A stretch of DNA of 64,000 bases from an uncultured Gemmatimonadales bacterium (GTDB lineage Bacteria > Gemmatimonadota > Gemmatimonadetes > Gemmatimonadales > Gemmatimonadaceae), in NCBI GenBank assembly GCA_963793305.1, contig CAWBZV010000003.1, positions 96,001-160,000 on the forward strand, in the 5' to 3' direction. Below, piece after piece: positions 9,892 through 18,860 of this stretch. A program made the position numbers and the translations under genes. Under the pieces are notes generated by a model, which searched no databases, was not told the origin of the DNA, and was given only the letters and a program-made list of their open reading frames with translations. Numbering within the stretch: the first letter of the stretch is position 1; each line of letters starts with the position of its first letter.

Positions 9892-11742
9892 GAGCCCGCG
9901 AGCGCCGGACGGAACCGGAATGCGGGCAACACTCGAGCCGCGGCGGCAAGGGCATCGGGCGAGGCCGCAGCCGCGAGAAGCGTCGAGGGAACGGCACGGC
10001 CCTGTTCATCGACGACGAACTCGAACTTACCAGTCACCGACAACCCCGGTTGCGTCGAGTCCGGGTCGAGCGCCGCGGTGCGGGCGAGGGACATGACCGA
10101 GGCGGCGACGCGCGCGAAGAGGATGGAGGCCGGCGCATCGGATGATGGTGCGACTGATGAGAGTGAGAACGTGTAGTGCCCTGCTTTGAGCGAGCGGAAC
10201 GCGTGCGCTACATCGGCGCCGCGGATCGCATCGACCACGCTGCTGTCGATCGATGGCGAGAGCGAGGTCGCGGTCACCGCAATGCCCGTCGCGTGTCCGG
10301 TGGCGTCGAGCGTAGAACGCCGTCTGAGCGGTCAACGTCTGCGGCGCCTTGGAACCGGTGGCGTAGCCGTACACGGGCAGCGCGAAATCATTCGGCATAT
10401 GGAACGACGCCCGCATCTTCGCCAGCACATCGCTGGCACGAGCGTCCAACGCACTGGGGCCGGCGAGCGTGCCATAAATGAGTACGTCGGCCGTCTCGAA
10501 GGACGGCGGCATCGTGCAGGCGACGTTGACCACAAACCCCGAGCTCCGACCAGGCGCGTGCGCCTGGCCTTGGGAGCCAATCGTGTCGGCGATGAACGAG
10601 CGGTCGAGCACGAGATCCTGCTGAATGGACACTCGCTGCTCCGATTTGCCGGAGATAGCCCGAGAATCCACCGACATTCTTGGCGCCTTGGTCCGCGAGA
10701 GACCCCATCGATTGCAGGCCACCAGTGGTGACATTCGTGAGCGGCTGCTCCGTGCGCGACGACACGAGCATCGGAACGAACGGCACCTCCTCACGGAAGG
10801 TCGCCGTCACTTTGACGTACGGCGCCGCCCCGCCAACGGCGCCAGCGTGCGTCAACGTGAAGACCGCGCGCTTGACGACGTACCTCGCGTCATCGAGGTA
10901 GATCGATCCGGTGACATCAGGCGCCTTGATCACGTCGGCTGGACGAAAGTCGATGCGCAGCTCATGCGCCACGTCGCCCACATACGCGAAGCAATGCGCT
11001 ACCGCAAATGCGGCATCGGCGAGATCGCTCAGCGTCGGGATGAACATCATCATGCGCTTCCCACCGCTCACCGATCGCTGTTCGTAGACGACACCGCCGA
11101 TGGCATACTGATGCCGCTGCCGGCTGTCATACGTCGCCGTGTCGAGCGCGATCACGCTGTCCGTCTCGTCTCTGGTGTGCACGTTGAGGAGAACCGCCCG
11201 GCTCTCCGCCAACCGGTAATTGAACGGATACTGATCGAGGAGAATCCGGTACCGCTCGGCGTTCTGGCGCACCTGCGCCAGTACCATAGCGACCGCGGGC
11301 GAAGCGCCCGACTCGGCCAACTGCGGCGCGGCGCACCCGTGCTGCGGAGACTCGGCCGGGAGGTTAGCGAGACGGACGGGGAGAGGCTGGAGTCGCAGCA
11401 CGAGGTGCTGAGAACTGGTGCCGGCACTGAGGGTCGTGTCCACCGGCAGAAACCCGACCTGCTGAGCACGCAGGCGATAGGTGCCAGTGGCAGGGACGCC
11501 CAAGTGAGAACCGACCGGCGACATCGGCAAACCGCCCCTCCGCCGTGTCCCCGATGGCTGATCGTGCCGTACGGCACGGGTTGGGAATCGGCGGCCGAAA
11601 CTACGGTACCGCTCACGACTTGCGCTCCGAGGGCAAACGGCACTGCGAAGAGCGCAAGGGTTGCCGCGTAGGCGGCTCGGAATCGTCCGTTTAGTTTTGA
11701 CGTAGGCCCCCAAACTACGTCCTGCGCACGGGGCGTCAACAA
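9846..11742 (-). CDS. Secreted protein with carboxypeptidase-regulatory-like N-domain and TonB-C-like C-domain; several frameshifts
   Basis: Pieces: AQVVSGTVVSAADSQPVPY; GTYRLRAQQVGFLPVDT; FVVDEQGRA...FRFRPA..GSCPVKQ. They lie across ORFs 11152..11742, 10388..11713, 10027..10794 and 9846..10277. Confidence 0.55.
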
Positions 11743-11807
11743 TCCGCTGTCAATTCTCTGACGCCCAGCTTGAACCTTACGTGAGCCTGACGCACACTGT
11801 GTCTACC

Positions 11808-12704
11808 ATGAAGCGATTACTGCTGCTCACGCTGCTCGGCGCCTGGTCGACCGCGACCCCGATCCCGGAGAAGATACAGGAGGAGCACGGGGCGCTTCTC
11901 GACGGAAAGATCTACATCGCCGGCGGATTCGACTCGACCGATACGCAGACCAACCGCGCGTATCGGTATGATCCGAGCCACGATACCTGGGAGCGCATCG
12001 CGGACCTTCCGGGGTCGCGGCATCACATGCCGCTCATCGTCCTGAATGACACGCTCTACGCCGTTGGCGGGCTCCAAGGCGACTCGGCGTTCGATGCCGT
12101 GGCGACCATGTGGATGTACCGCGTCGACCGGAACCGGTGGGAAGAACGAGCGCCGTTGCCCAAGCCGCGGGGCGCGTCGGCGGCTGGGGTGGTTGACGGC
12201 AAGATTGTCGTCGTCGGTGGCTTCGGGACCAAGTACAAGCTGCTCGACTCCATCACGGTCTACGATCCCGCGACAAATCACTGGACGAATCGTGCGCCGA
12301 TTCCAACCGTCAGGGATCACCTCACGGCAGAAGTGGTGCACGGCGTGCTATATGCCATCGGCGGCCGACCGCTCGACCCGGCCAAGAACTATAATGTCGT
12401 CGAGGCCTACGACCTGGCGACGAATCAGTGGACGAAGAAAGCGAGCATGCCGAGTAAGCGCGGTGGACTCGGCTCGGCCGTCATCGCCGGAAAAATTCAC
12501 ACATTCGGCGGCGAGACCCGAAACTCCGTCTTCGCGAATCACGAGGTGTACGACCCCGCGCACGACACGTGGAGCGTCGCGGAACCCATGCCGACGGCGC
12601 GGCATGGACTGGCGGTCGTCGCGGTCGACGATCGGATCTACGTGATCGGCGGCGGACCAAAATCCGGGAGCGGACAGACGAACGTGGTCGAAGTCTGGCG
12701 CTGA
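11808..12704 (+). CDS. Kelch-repeat beta-propeller protein, secreted
   Basis: Six GG-containing kelch repeats (e.g. IYIAGG...YDP..DTW); signal peptide MKRLLLL. Confidence 0.92.
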   Translation: MKRLLLLTLLGAWSTATPIPEKIQEEHGALLDGKIYIAGGFDSTDTQTNRAYRYDPSHDTWERIADLPGSRHHMPLIVLNDTLYAVGGLQGDSAFDAVATMWMYRVDRNRWEERAPLPKPRGASAAGVVDGKIVVVGGFGTKYKLLDSITVYDPATNHWTNRAPIPTVRDHLTAEVVHGVLYAIGGRPLDPAKNYNVVEAYDLATNQWTKKASMPSKRGGLGSAVIAGKIHTFGGETRNSVFANHEVYDPAHDTWSVAEPMPTARHGLAVVAVDDRIYVIGGGPKSGSGQTNVVEVWR

Positions 12705-12706
12705 GC

Positions 12707-15529
12707 ATGCGGCGATACGCGTGCAGGATCCTGCACGTGGCGGTCGCGACGGCAGTAATGGTCGCGACCGGTGGGGCGCAGACTGCCGCGGAAGCGCGGA
12801 GCGTCGTCCGCCAAGCGCGGCACGCGTACGAAGTCGACAGCTCAGCGGCATTCGACCAACGATGGACTCGCGCACTCGCGCGGGACTCCTCTGACCGACT
12901 GGCCGCGCTCGGCCTCGCGTCGCTCGCGTGGCTCAACGCGCGGTACGACGAGGCCGACCGCCGGTACGGTTCGCTGCTGCACCAGCGCGACGCGGTGAGC
13001 GTGTATGCTCAGCTCGGGCTGGCCCAAGTGCAGTTCGCGGAGAGCGCGCCTGGACCCGCGGATACCGCGTACAGCAAAGCGGCCACCGCCGCGCGCGCCG
13101 CGAAAGACTCCGCCGCGCTCGTCGAGGCCCTCCTCGGCTGGGCCGTAATGAGAGCGCATAGCCGATCGGCGGCCGAGGGGGCGGCGCTGCTCACGGGCGT
13201 CGAAGCGTTCATCCCGCACGGAGACGACGGTCTCGAAGCGAACTACCAGTGCACCCGCGTCGCGCTCGGCCTCCTTCCTCGGGGCGCCGACCCGCGACCG
13301 ACGCTGCAGCGCGGCGCCGCACTCGCCAAGGCCGCCGGTGAGCCAGACATCGAGGGATTCTGCTGGTTCGTCCTCGGCACCGGGCTCGAACGCTTCGGCG
13401 ACATGGCCGGCGCGATCGCGGTCTTCGACACACTCGAGCGACAAGTGCTCGCGCCCGGCGATTTCACCAATCGCGCCCGCGTTCGCCAGCACCGCGCGTA
13501 CTGTGAGCAATCGATCGGCGACTACGGCGCCGCCCTGCGCTCGGCGCGCATGGCAATTGCCGACGGCGAGCGCGCTCACAGCCTCGCGGTCATTGCGTAT
13601 GCGCGACTGACCCAAGGGACCGTCTATCTCGGTCTCGGTGACATCACGGCCGCGGCACGCGCCTCCGATAGCGCCGCGGCCGTCTTCTCCCAGGTCGGCG
13701 ACGTCATCGGTCGCCTCAACGCGATAACGACTCTCGGACAGGTCGCCCTCGCCGGCGACGATACGGCGGCGGCACGCCAGGCATTCGCGTCCGAATTTCA
13801 GCTCGGGACGAGCATCAAGGACCTGAACTACGTGGCCGACGCGCAGGCGTGGCTGGCCGATGTCGCGATGCACGAAGAACGATGGAACGAGGCGGGTCAA
13901 TGGCTCGACGCTGAGCACATCACTATCCAGCGCGGCCGTCTCCAGGGATGGGCCTCGACCGAGGATTTCGATCGCGCCGTGCTGGCGCTACGGTCCGGGC
14001 AATGGCGCGAGGCCGAGCGTCGGATGGTGATCGCGTCGCGCGCGATCGATTCGACCCAACACCGCGACCGATACGAGATCGGCGCCTTTCTCGCCGAGAT
14101 CCACCTCGCGCTCGGCGATACCACGCGCGCGGAACGGGAGCTCACGGCCGCGAGTGATGCGTTCGATCGGTGGCGCGCAACGCTCGACGATCGCGAAGCC
14201 CGAGTGCTGGCGTTCCAGTTCCATTCACTCGTCGGCGGGCCCGATCCCGGCGTCGCCAAGGTCATCGCGGCCGTGGCGCACGCCGGACGCATCGGCCCGG
14301 CATTCGAGCTGGCCGAACGCCGTCGGGCACGAGATCTCTCTGATCACCTCGTGCAAGCCGGATCGTCCGCGCGCACCGCCGCGGCTCCCGCCAACGTACT
14401 CGAGACGATCCAGCATGCATTGCCGGATGACGCAACCGCGCTCTTCGAGTACGTCACCGGACCCGCCAATGCGCCGACAACGCTCTTTGTCGTGACGCGA
14501 CACAGTGCGCGAGCCTACACGCTGCCGCCAAACGACAGCCTGGCCGCCAACGTCAGCCGGCTCGTGGCATTCGTCGAAAGTGGTATCAGTACGAATGCTC
14601 CCGCGAACGCGTTGGGCTCGGCGCTCGTTACTCCGGCGCTCGCCGATCTACCCGCCGGCATCACGCGGCTCGTCGTCGTGCCGGATGGCGTCGTGCACCA
14701 CGTGCCATTCGGAGCGCTGCGCGTGAATGGCCGGTATCTCGTCCAGACGTACGCGACCGCTCTGGCGCCCTCGGCGGCCGTGCAAGCGTGGCTGTGGGGG
14801 CGCCGCCAGGACCACCACACGTCGGCCACGGTCCTGGCCCTCGGCGACCCCAAGTTCGCGAAAGAGAAATCAGGCGACGCCGAGACGGAGACGTTTCGAT
14901 CGGCGTTCGATGAGACTGGCGGACTACCGCGGCTCAGAGGATCGGCGGCCGAGGCCGAGCTCGTGGGGCAGTTCGGCGCGAGGAGCATCGTGCGACTGCG
15001 CGATAGCGCCAGCGCCTGGTTCTTGAAGCACACCGCGCTCGACAAGTTTCGTGTGATTCATCTCGCGACGCACGCGGTCGTCGATGACCGCGCCGCGACG
15101 CGCACCGCGCTGGCCCTCGCGCCAGGATCTGGCGAGAGCGGGTTCGTGACGCCGACCGACCTGGCGGCGCTGCATCTCAAGGCGGATCTCGTGATGCTCT
15201 CCGCGTGCCGGACCGCGGGCGGCCGCATCATCGCCGGCGAGGGCGTGCGCGGGCTCACCGCGCCGCTGCTTGCCGCCGGAGCGCACGCGGTCGTCGCGTC
15301 GTACTGGGAGATCGGCGATCAGCAGACGGTGAGGCTCGTGCACGACTTCTATCGGGCGATGGCCGAGGGTCACCCGGCGGGCGACGCGCTCAGGCTCGCC
15401 GAGGTCGCGGCGCTCGATCGCGGGGCGCCGCCGCGGGAGTGGGCCGCGTTTGCGATCAGCGGTGACCCAATGGTGCGGGTCCCAGTGAAGGTGCCGGCGT
15501 TCGACTGGTGGTGGCGGTTGTTCCACTAG
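12707..15529 (+). CDS. TPR-CHAT (caspase-like) protease
   Basis: Helical TPR-like region, then LVVVPDG...HHVPF, catalytic His in IHLATHA, catalytic Cys in LSACRT, and VVASYWEI/WAAF. Confidence 0.92.
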   Translation: MRRYACRILHVAVATAVMVATGGAQTAAEARSVVRQARHAYEVDSSAAFDQRWTRALARDSSDRLAALGLASLAWLNARYDEADRRYGSLLHQRDAVSVYAQLGLAQVQFAESAPGPADTAYSKAATAARAAKDSAALVEALLGWAVMRAHSRSAAEGAALLTGVEAFIPHGDDGLEANYQCTRVALGLLPRGADPRPTLQRGAALAKAAGEPDIEGFCWFVLGTGLERFGDMAGAIAVFDTLERQVLAPGDFTNRARVRQHRAYCEQSIGDYGAALRSARMAIADGERAHSLAVIAYARLTQGTVYLGLGDITAAARASDSAAAVFSQVGDVIGRLNAITTLGQVALAGDDTAAARQAFASEFQLGTSIKDLNYVADAQAWLADVAMHEERWNEAGQWLDAEHITIQRGRLQGWASTEDFDRAVLALRSGQWREAERRMVIASRAIDSTQHRDRYEIGAFLAEIHLALGDTTRAERELTAASDAFDRWRATLDDREARVLAFQFHSLVGGPDPGVAKVIAAVAHAGRIGPAFELAERRRARDLSDHLVQAGSSARTAAAPANVLETIQHALPDDATALFEYVTGPANAPTTLFVVTRHSARAYTLPPNDSLAANVSRLVAFVESGISTNAPANALGSALVTPALADLPAGITRLVVVPDGVVHHVPFGALRVNGRYLVQTYATALAPSAAVQAWLWGRRQDHHTSATVLALGDPKFAKEKSGDAETETFRSAFDETGGLPRLRGSAAEAELVGQFGARSIVRLRDSASAWFLKHTALDKFRVIHLATHAVVDDRAATRTALALAPGSGESGFVTPTDLAALHLKADLVMLSACRTAGGRIIAGEGVRGLTAPLLAAGAHAVVASYWEIGDQQTVRLVHDFYRAMAEGHPAGDALRLAEVAALDRGAPPREWAAFAISGDPMVRVPVKVPAFDWWWRLFH

Positions 15530-17213
15530 TGTCGGTCAACGCGCCGAGAAACGCGATCAGCTCCCGCTTCTCGTTCGCGGTCAAGCCGAGGTGCTTGAGC
15601 GGTAGGCTCTGGTTCGGGAGGCGCGCGCCAATGCCCTCGCCTCCCCCACGATCATAGAAGTCGATGACCTGGTCGAGCGTGCGATACACGCCGTTGTGCA
15701 TGTAAGGCGCCGTCACCACGACATTGCGCAGCGATGGCACACGGAACGCGTGGAGATCACGGCCGTCATGGCTGATCGCATATCGCCCCGGATCGATGTC
15801 GGGAGAGGCGTGCACGGTATCAGCGGTGCGCGGAACGCCGAGGACCTCGACCTCGCTGCGATCGAAGTTGGGCGGGGCCATGCCGTTGAACAGTGGCAGC
15901 ATGTGACAGAAGCCACATTGGCCCTTTGCCATGAAGACGGTGAATCCCCGTCGCTCCGTCGGCGAGAGCGCCGTCGAGTCGCCACGGACCGCGCGGTCGA
16001 AGCGGCTGTCCAGGCGAACGAGCGTGCGGACGTACGCGGCGAGCGCGCGCTGGATGCGGATCGCCGGGATCTGGACGCGAGCGGCAATGCTGTCGATCGG
16101 CAGGCCTGACATCTCGCGCGGGTTGGCGATCACATCGCGCACCTGCGCCTCGAGCGTCGGCGCGCGCAGATCCATGAACAAATCGTGCTCGAGCGCGGCA
16201 TCGATCAGCGTCGGCGTGTTCCGGGTCGGATGCACGGCCTGGCCATCGGTGAACGCGCGCGCGGGTTGATGGCACGTCACGCACGCGTGGCCGGAGCTCC
16301 CGCCGAGTCGCGGGTCGTTGAACAGGGATTGACCGAGGGCGACCTCGCTCGGCGTTGGCGGGGGTGCATCGGCCGGCGCGAACGCCCAGACATCAAATGC
16401 GGCCGAGTCGAAGAGCGACGCGGTGCGCCAGAACGCCTCGCCCGAGGGGCGCTGGAGTGCGCGGGCGACACCGGAGGCCTCGCGGGCGAGAAACCGTAGT
16501 CGATCGAACGTCGTGTCGTTCGCTGATCTCAGCGCGAGCGCGGCGGCGGCGAGCGCGGAGTCGAGCGAGGGGGCGCTGACCAGCGCGACAACGCGCTGGA
16601 GACCGTCGAGGGCAGCGGCGCTCTCGTGCAGGCCGGCGTGGGCGAGTCGCGAGTCGCCGTTGGCGAGCCCGATCGCCTCGACGCGCGCGAGCTCCTGTCG
16701 CGCGGCCTCGAGGATCGCCTCTCGTGTCCACGAGGTACCGAAGGTCGACACGCGGAGCCGATCGACCGCGCTGAGCATGGCGCCGACCGGCGCGGTCGCG
16801 CCGGGCAGCACGCTGGGATACAGGCGGAGCTCGACGGCCTGGAAGCCGACCGGGTCGACGAACTGCACGCCCGCGGCGGCTACTTCCGCCGAGTCGTCGG
16901 AGTCGTCCGCCTCGTCGTTGCCACCCTCGATGTCCTGCGCATTGAGCGCGGCCGCGACCGGCGGGGCGGAGTAGGCGAGCCACCACTCGGCGTGCTTATA
17001 CGCGACGCGCGCGCGCGAAAACGCTGCGCGCACAAGGGCGGTGTCGGTCCCCGGCGCCAGGGACAGAGCTTCCAGCGACAGGCGCAGGGTGTCGAGCTGT
17101 GCCGCGTACACGACCCGGGCGGCGTCGAGGTCGCCACGCCCGGGCGCACTGGCCGCGCCGGTGATCGCGCCGCACAAGAGAGCGGCAACGATCCACCGGC
17201 CACGCCTGCTCAC
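15456..17213 (-). CDS. Di-heme cytochrome c peroxidase/MauG-superfamily protein with long helical N-terminal domain
   Basis: CVTCH, RNTPTL, CGFCH and FRVPSLRNV..TAPYMHNG. GTG at 17213 lies 1 bp after the upstream stop. Confidence 0.88.
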   Translation of the reverse strand: MSRRGRWIVAALLCGAITGAASAPGRGDLDAARVVYAAQLDTLRLSLEALSLAPGTDTALVRAAFSRARVAYKHAEWWLAYSAPPVAAALNAQDIEGGNDEADDSDDSAEVAAAGVQFVDPVGFQAVELRLYPSVLPGATAPVGAMLSAVDRLRVSTFGTSWTREAILEAARQELARVEAIGLANGDSRLAHAGLHESAAALDGLQRVVALVSAPSLDSALAAAALALRSANDTTFDRLRFLAREASGVARALQRPSGEAFWRTASLFDSAAFDVWAFAPADAPPPTPSEVALGQSLFNDPRLGGSSGHACVTCHQPARAFTDGQAVHPTRNTPTLIDAALEHDLFMDLRAPTLEAQVRDVIANPREMSGLPIDSIAARVQIPAIRIQRALAAYVRTLVRLDSRFDRAVRGDSTALSPTERRGFTVFMAKGQCGFCHMLPLFNGMAPPNFDRSEVEVLGVPRTADTVHASPDIDPGRYAISHDGRDLHAFRVPSLRNVVVTAPYMHNGVYRTLDQVIDFYDRGGGEGIGARLPNQSLPLKHLGLTANEKRELIAFLGALTDTSGTTATTSRTPAPSLGPAPLGHR

Positions 17214-17214
17214 G

Positions 17215-18753
17215 CTATGGCGATCCCGCCGGCGAGCGTCCACCAGAGCGAACCGCCAGCGTCTTGCCTGGCTTTGCGGCAATCGTCGGCACCGGCTTCG
17301 TGATCGTGAAGTGATCGATCAACGAGCCGTCGGCGCCAACCTGCCGGAACGTGATCGTCCGGCCTTTGACATCGATGGCACTCAGCGAATGCTGCGTGGC
17401 CTCGAACGCGTAGGTAAATGCCTGCCAACTGCCCCGGTCTCCTGTCTGCTCGGGGTTGTAGAGCTCGGCGCCGCCGCCGCCCGACACGATGTAGATGACG
17501 CCCTTGGGCACGGTGCGCTTCACGCCATCGAACTCATGGTCGAACCGGTAGTCGCCGTCGATGGTGAACGGCAGACGGCCATTGGTGCGATACCAGTCTG
17601 GCGCGTGCAACGTTCCATCGATCCCGGTCTTGGGATCGCCCGCCAGCTTGGGGAGAAAGGTCATCGGGTACGAGCGTTGATAGTTGTGCACGTGCCCCAT
17701 CAGCACGAGATCGACGTTGCCGGCCTCGAACACGTCGGACATGAGCCGCATCTGCTGCTCGGTGAAATGCTCACGCGACGAGTTGAACCCCGGTTGATGG
17801 AACATCACGAACCGCCACGTCGCACCGGCCGCGTGCGCGAGATCGCGCGCGACCCAGTTCCGCAAGACGGGATCCGTCCAGTCCATGTACGGGTCGGCAT
17901 CGAGCACCGTCCAGTGCGTATTCCCGTAGTCGAACGAGTAGTTCGCCATACGCGGATAGTTGGGCCCGTAGCTCCGCGCCAGCGCGGCCGCCAGCGTCGA
18001 ATCGCTCGCCATGAGCGGCGCGTTGTGCCCAGGCTTCGTGGTCGGGCCGTTGAGCGGCATCGACCAGAAGGCAAAATAGCCGCCATAGTCCGCCATCGAG
18101 TCGTTCACGTTGCGGGCATAGCTCGCGTCGTGATTGCCGATGGCCGCGACGAATGGAATCGATCGCGTGAGCGGCGCTCCGTTGGCCGGCGACGCGCTGT
18201 CCGCGTTATAGATCGGAAAGAACTTCGTTCGGTACTCGCTCATCCGGCCGGAGCCGTACACGATGTCACCGGGGATCGCCACGAAATCCGGGTGCTCCAA
18301 GTACGCGCGGTACGCTATCGCCCGTTGTCCGGGCGTATTCTGGCCGGCGTCGCCGAACACGACCACGCGATACGGCTCGCTCGCGCCTTTGCGCGAGAGC
18401 CCCGAGCTCGTGAAGACGACGGTGCCGTTGCGCTTCACGCGGTACTGGAACGTCGATCCCGGCGCGAGATCGCCGAGCGTGCCGTGATAGACGTTGTACG
18501 GATCGAGACCCGGCACATCGATGCGCGACGGATAGAACGTCCGCTGCGCTTTCCACGCGGTCGCACCCGCCGGCTTGAGATCGACCTCCCACTCGGCGCT
18601 CGTCGTATCCGAGTGCCAGAGGAGGGCCATCGTCACCGTCTCGCCGACGGAGGGAGCGTCGCCGAGCTGGAGATAGGGCTGGACAATAAATGGAGGCTGC
18701 GAAGTCGCGATCGCGGCGGCCGCGAGGGCCTGCACCAGCATCATTTGGAACAT
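17215..18753 (-). CDS. Purple acid phosphatase-like metallophosphoesterase with FN3-like N-domain
   Basis: Motifs GDAG, GDIVY, GNHD, MFHQP and GHVH all present; signal peptide. Confidence 0.9.
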   Translation of the reverse strand: MFQMMLVQALAAAAIATSQPPFIVQPYLQLGDAPSVGETVTMALLWHSDTTSAEWEVDLKPAGATAWKAQRTFYPSRIDVPGLDPYNVYHGTLGDLAPGSTFQYRVKRNGTVVFTSSGLSRKGASEPYRVVVFGDAGQNTPGQRAIAYRAYLEHPDFVAIPGDIVYGSGRMSEYRTKFFPIYNADSASPANGAPLTRSIPFVAAIGNHDASYARNVNDSMADYGGYFAFWSMPLNGPTTKPGHNAPLMASDSTLAAALARSYGPNYPRMANYSFDYGNTHWTVLDADPYMDWTDPVLRNWVARDLAHAAGATWRFVMFHQPGFNSSREHFTEQQMRLMSDVFEAGNVDLVLMGHVHNYQRSYPMTFLPKLAGDPKTGIDGTLHAPDWYRTNGRLPFTIDGDYRFDHEFDGVKRTVPKGVIYIVSGGGGAELYNPEQTGDRGSWQAFTYAFEATQHSLSAIDVKGRTITFRQVGADGSLIDHFTITKPVPTIAAKPGKTLAVRSGGRSPAGSP

Positions 18754-18860
18754 GTGACTCAGTGTGTGGGCGGCAGGGTGAAATTACACACAAACCTGCC
18801 CATTAAGACACAGAGTCGTGTAACAAACCCTAACGCCGGGCTCGACCGGCTGCGATTTTC

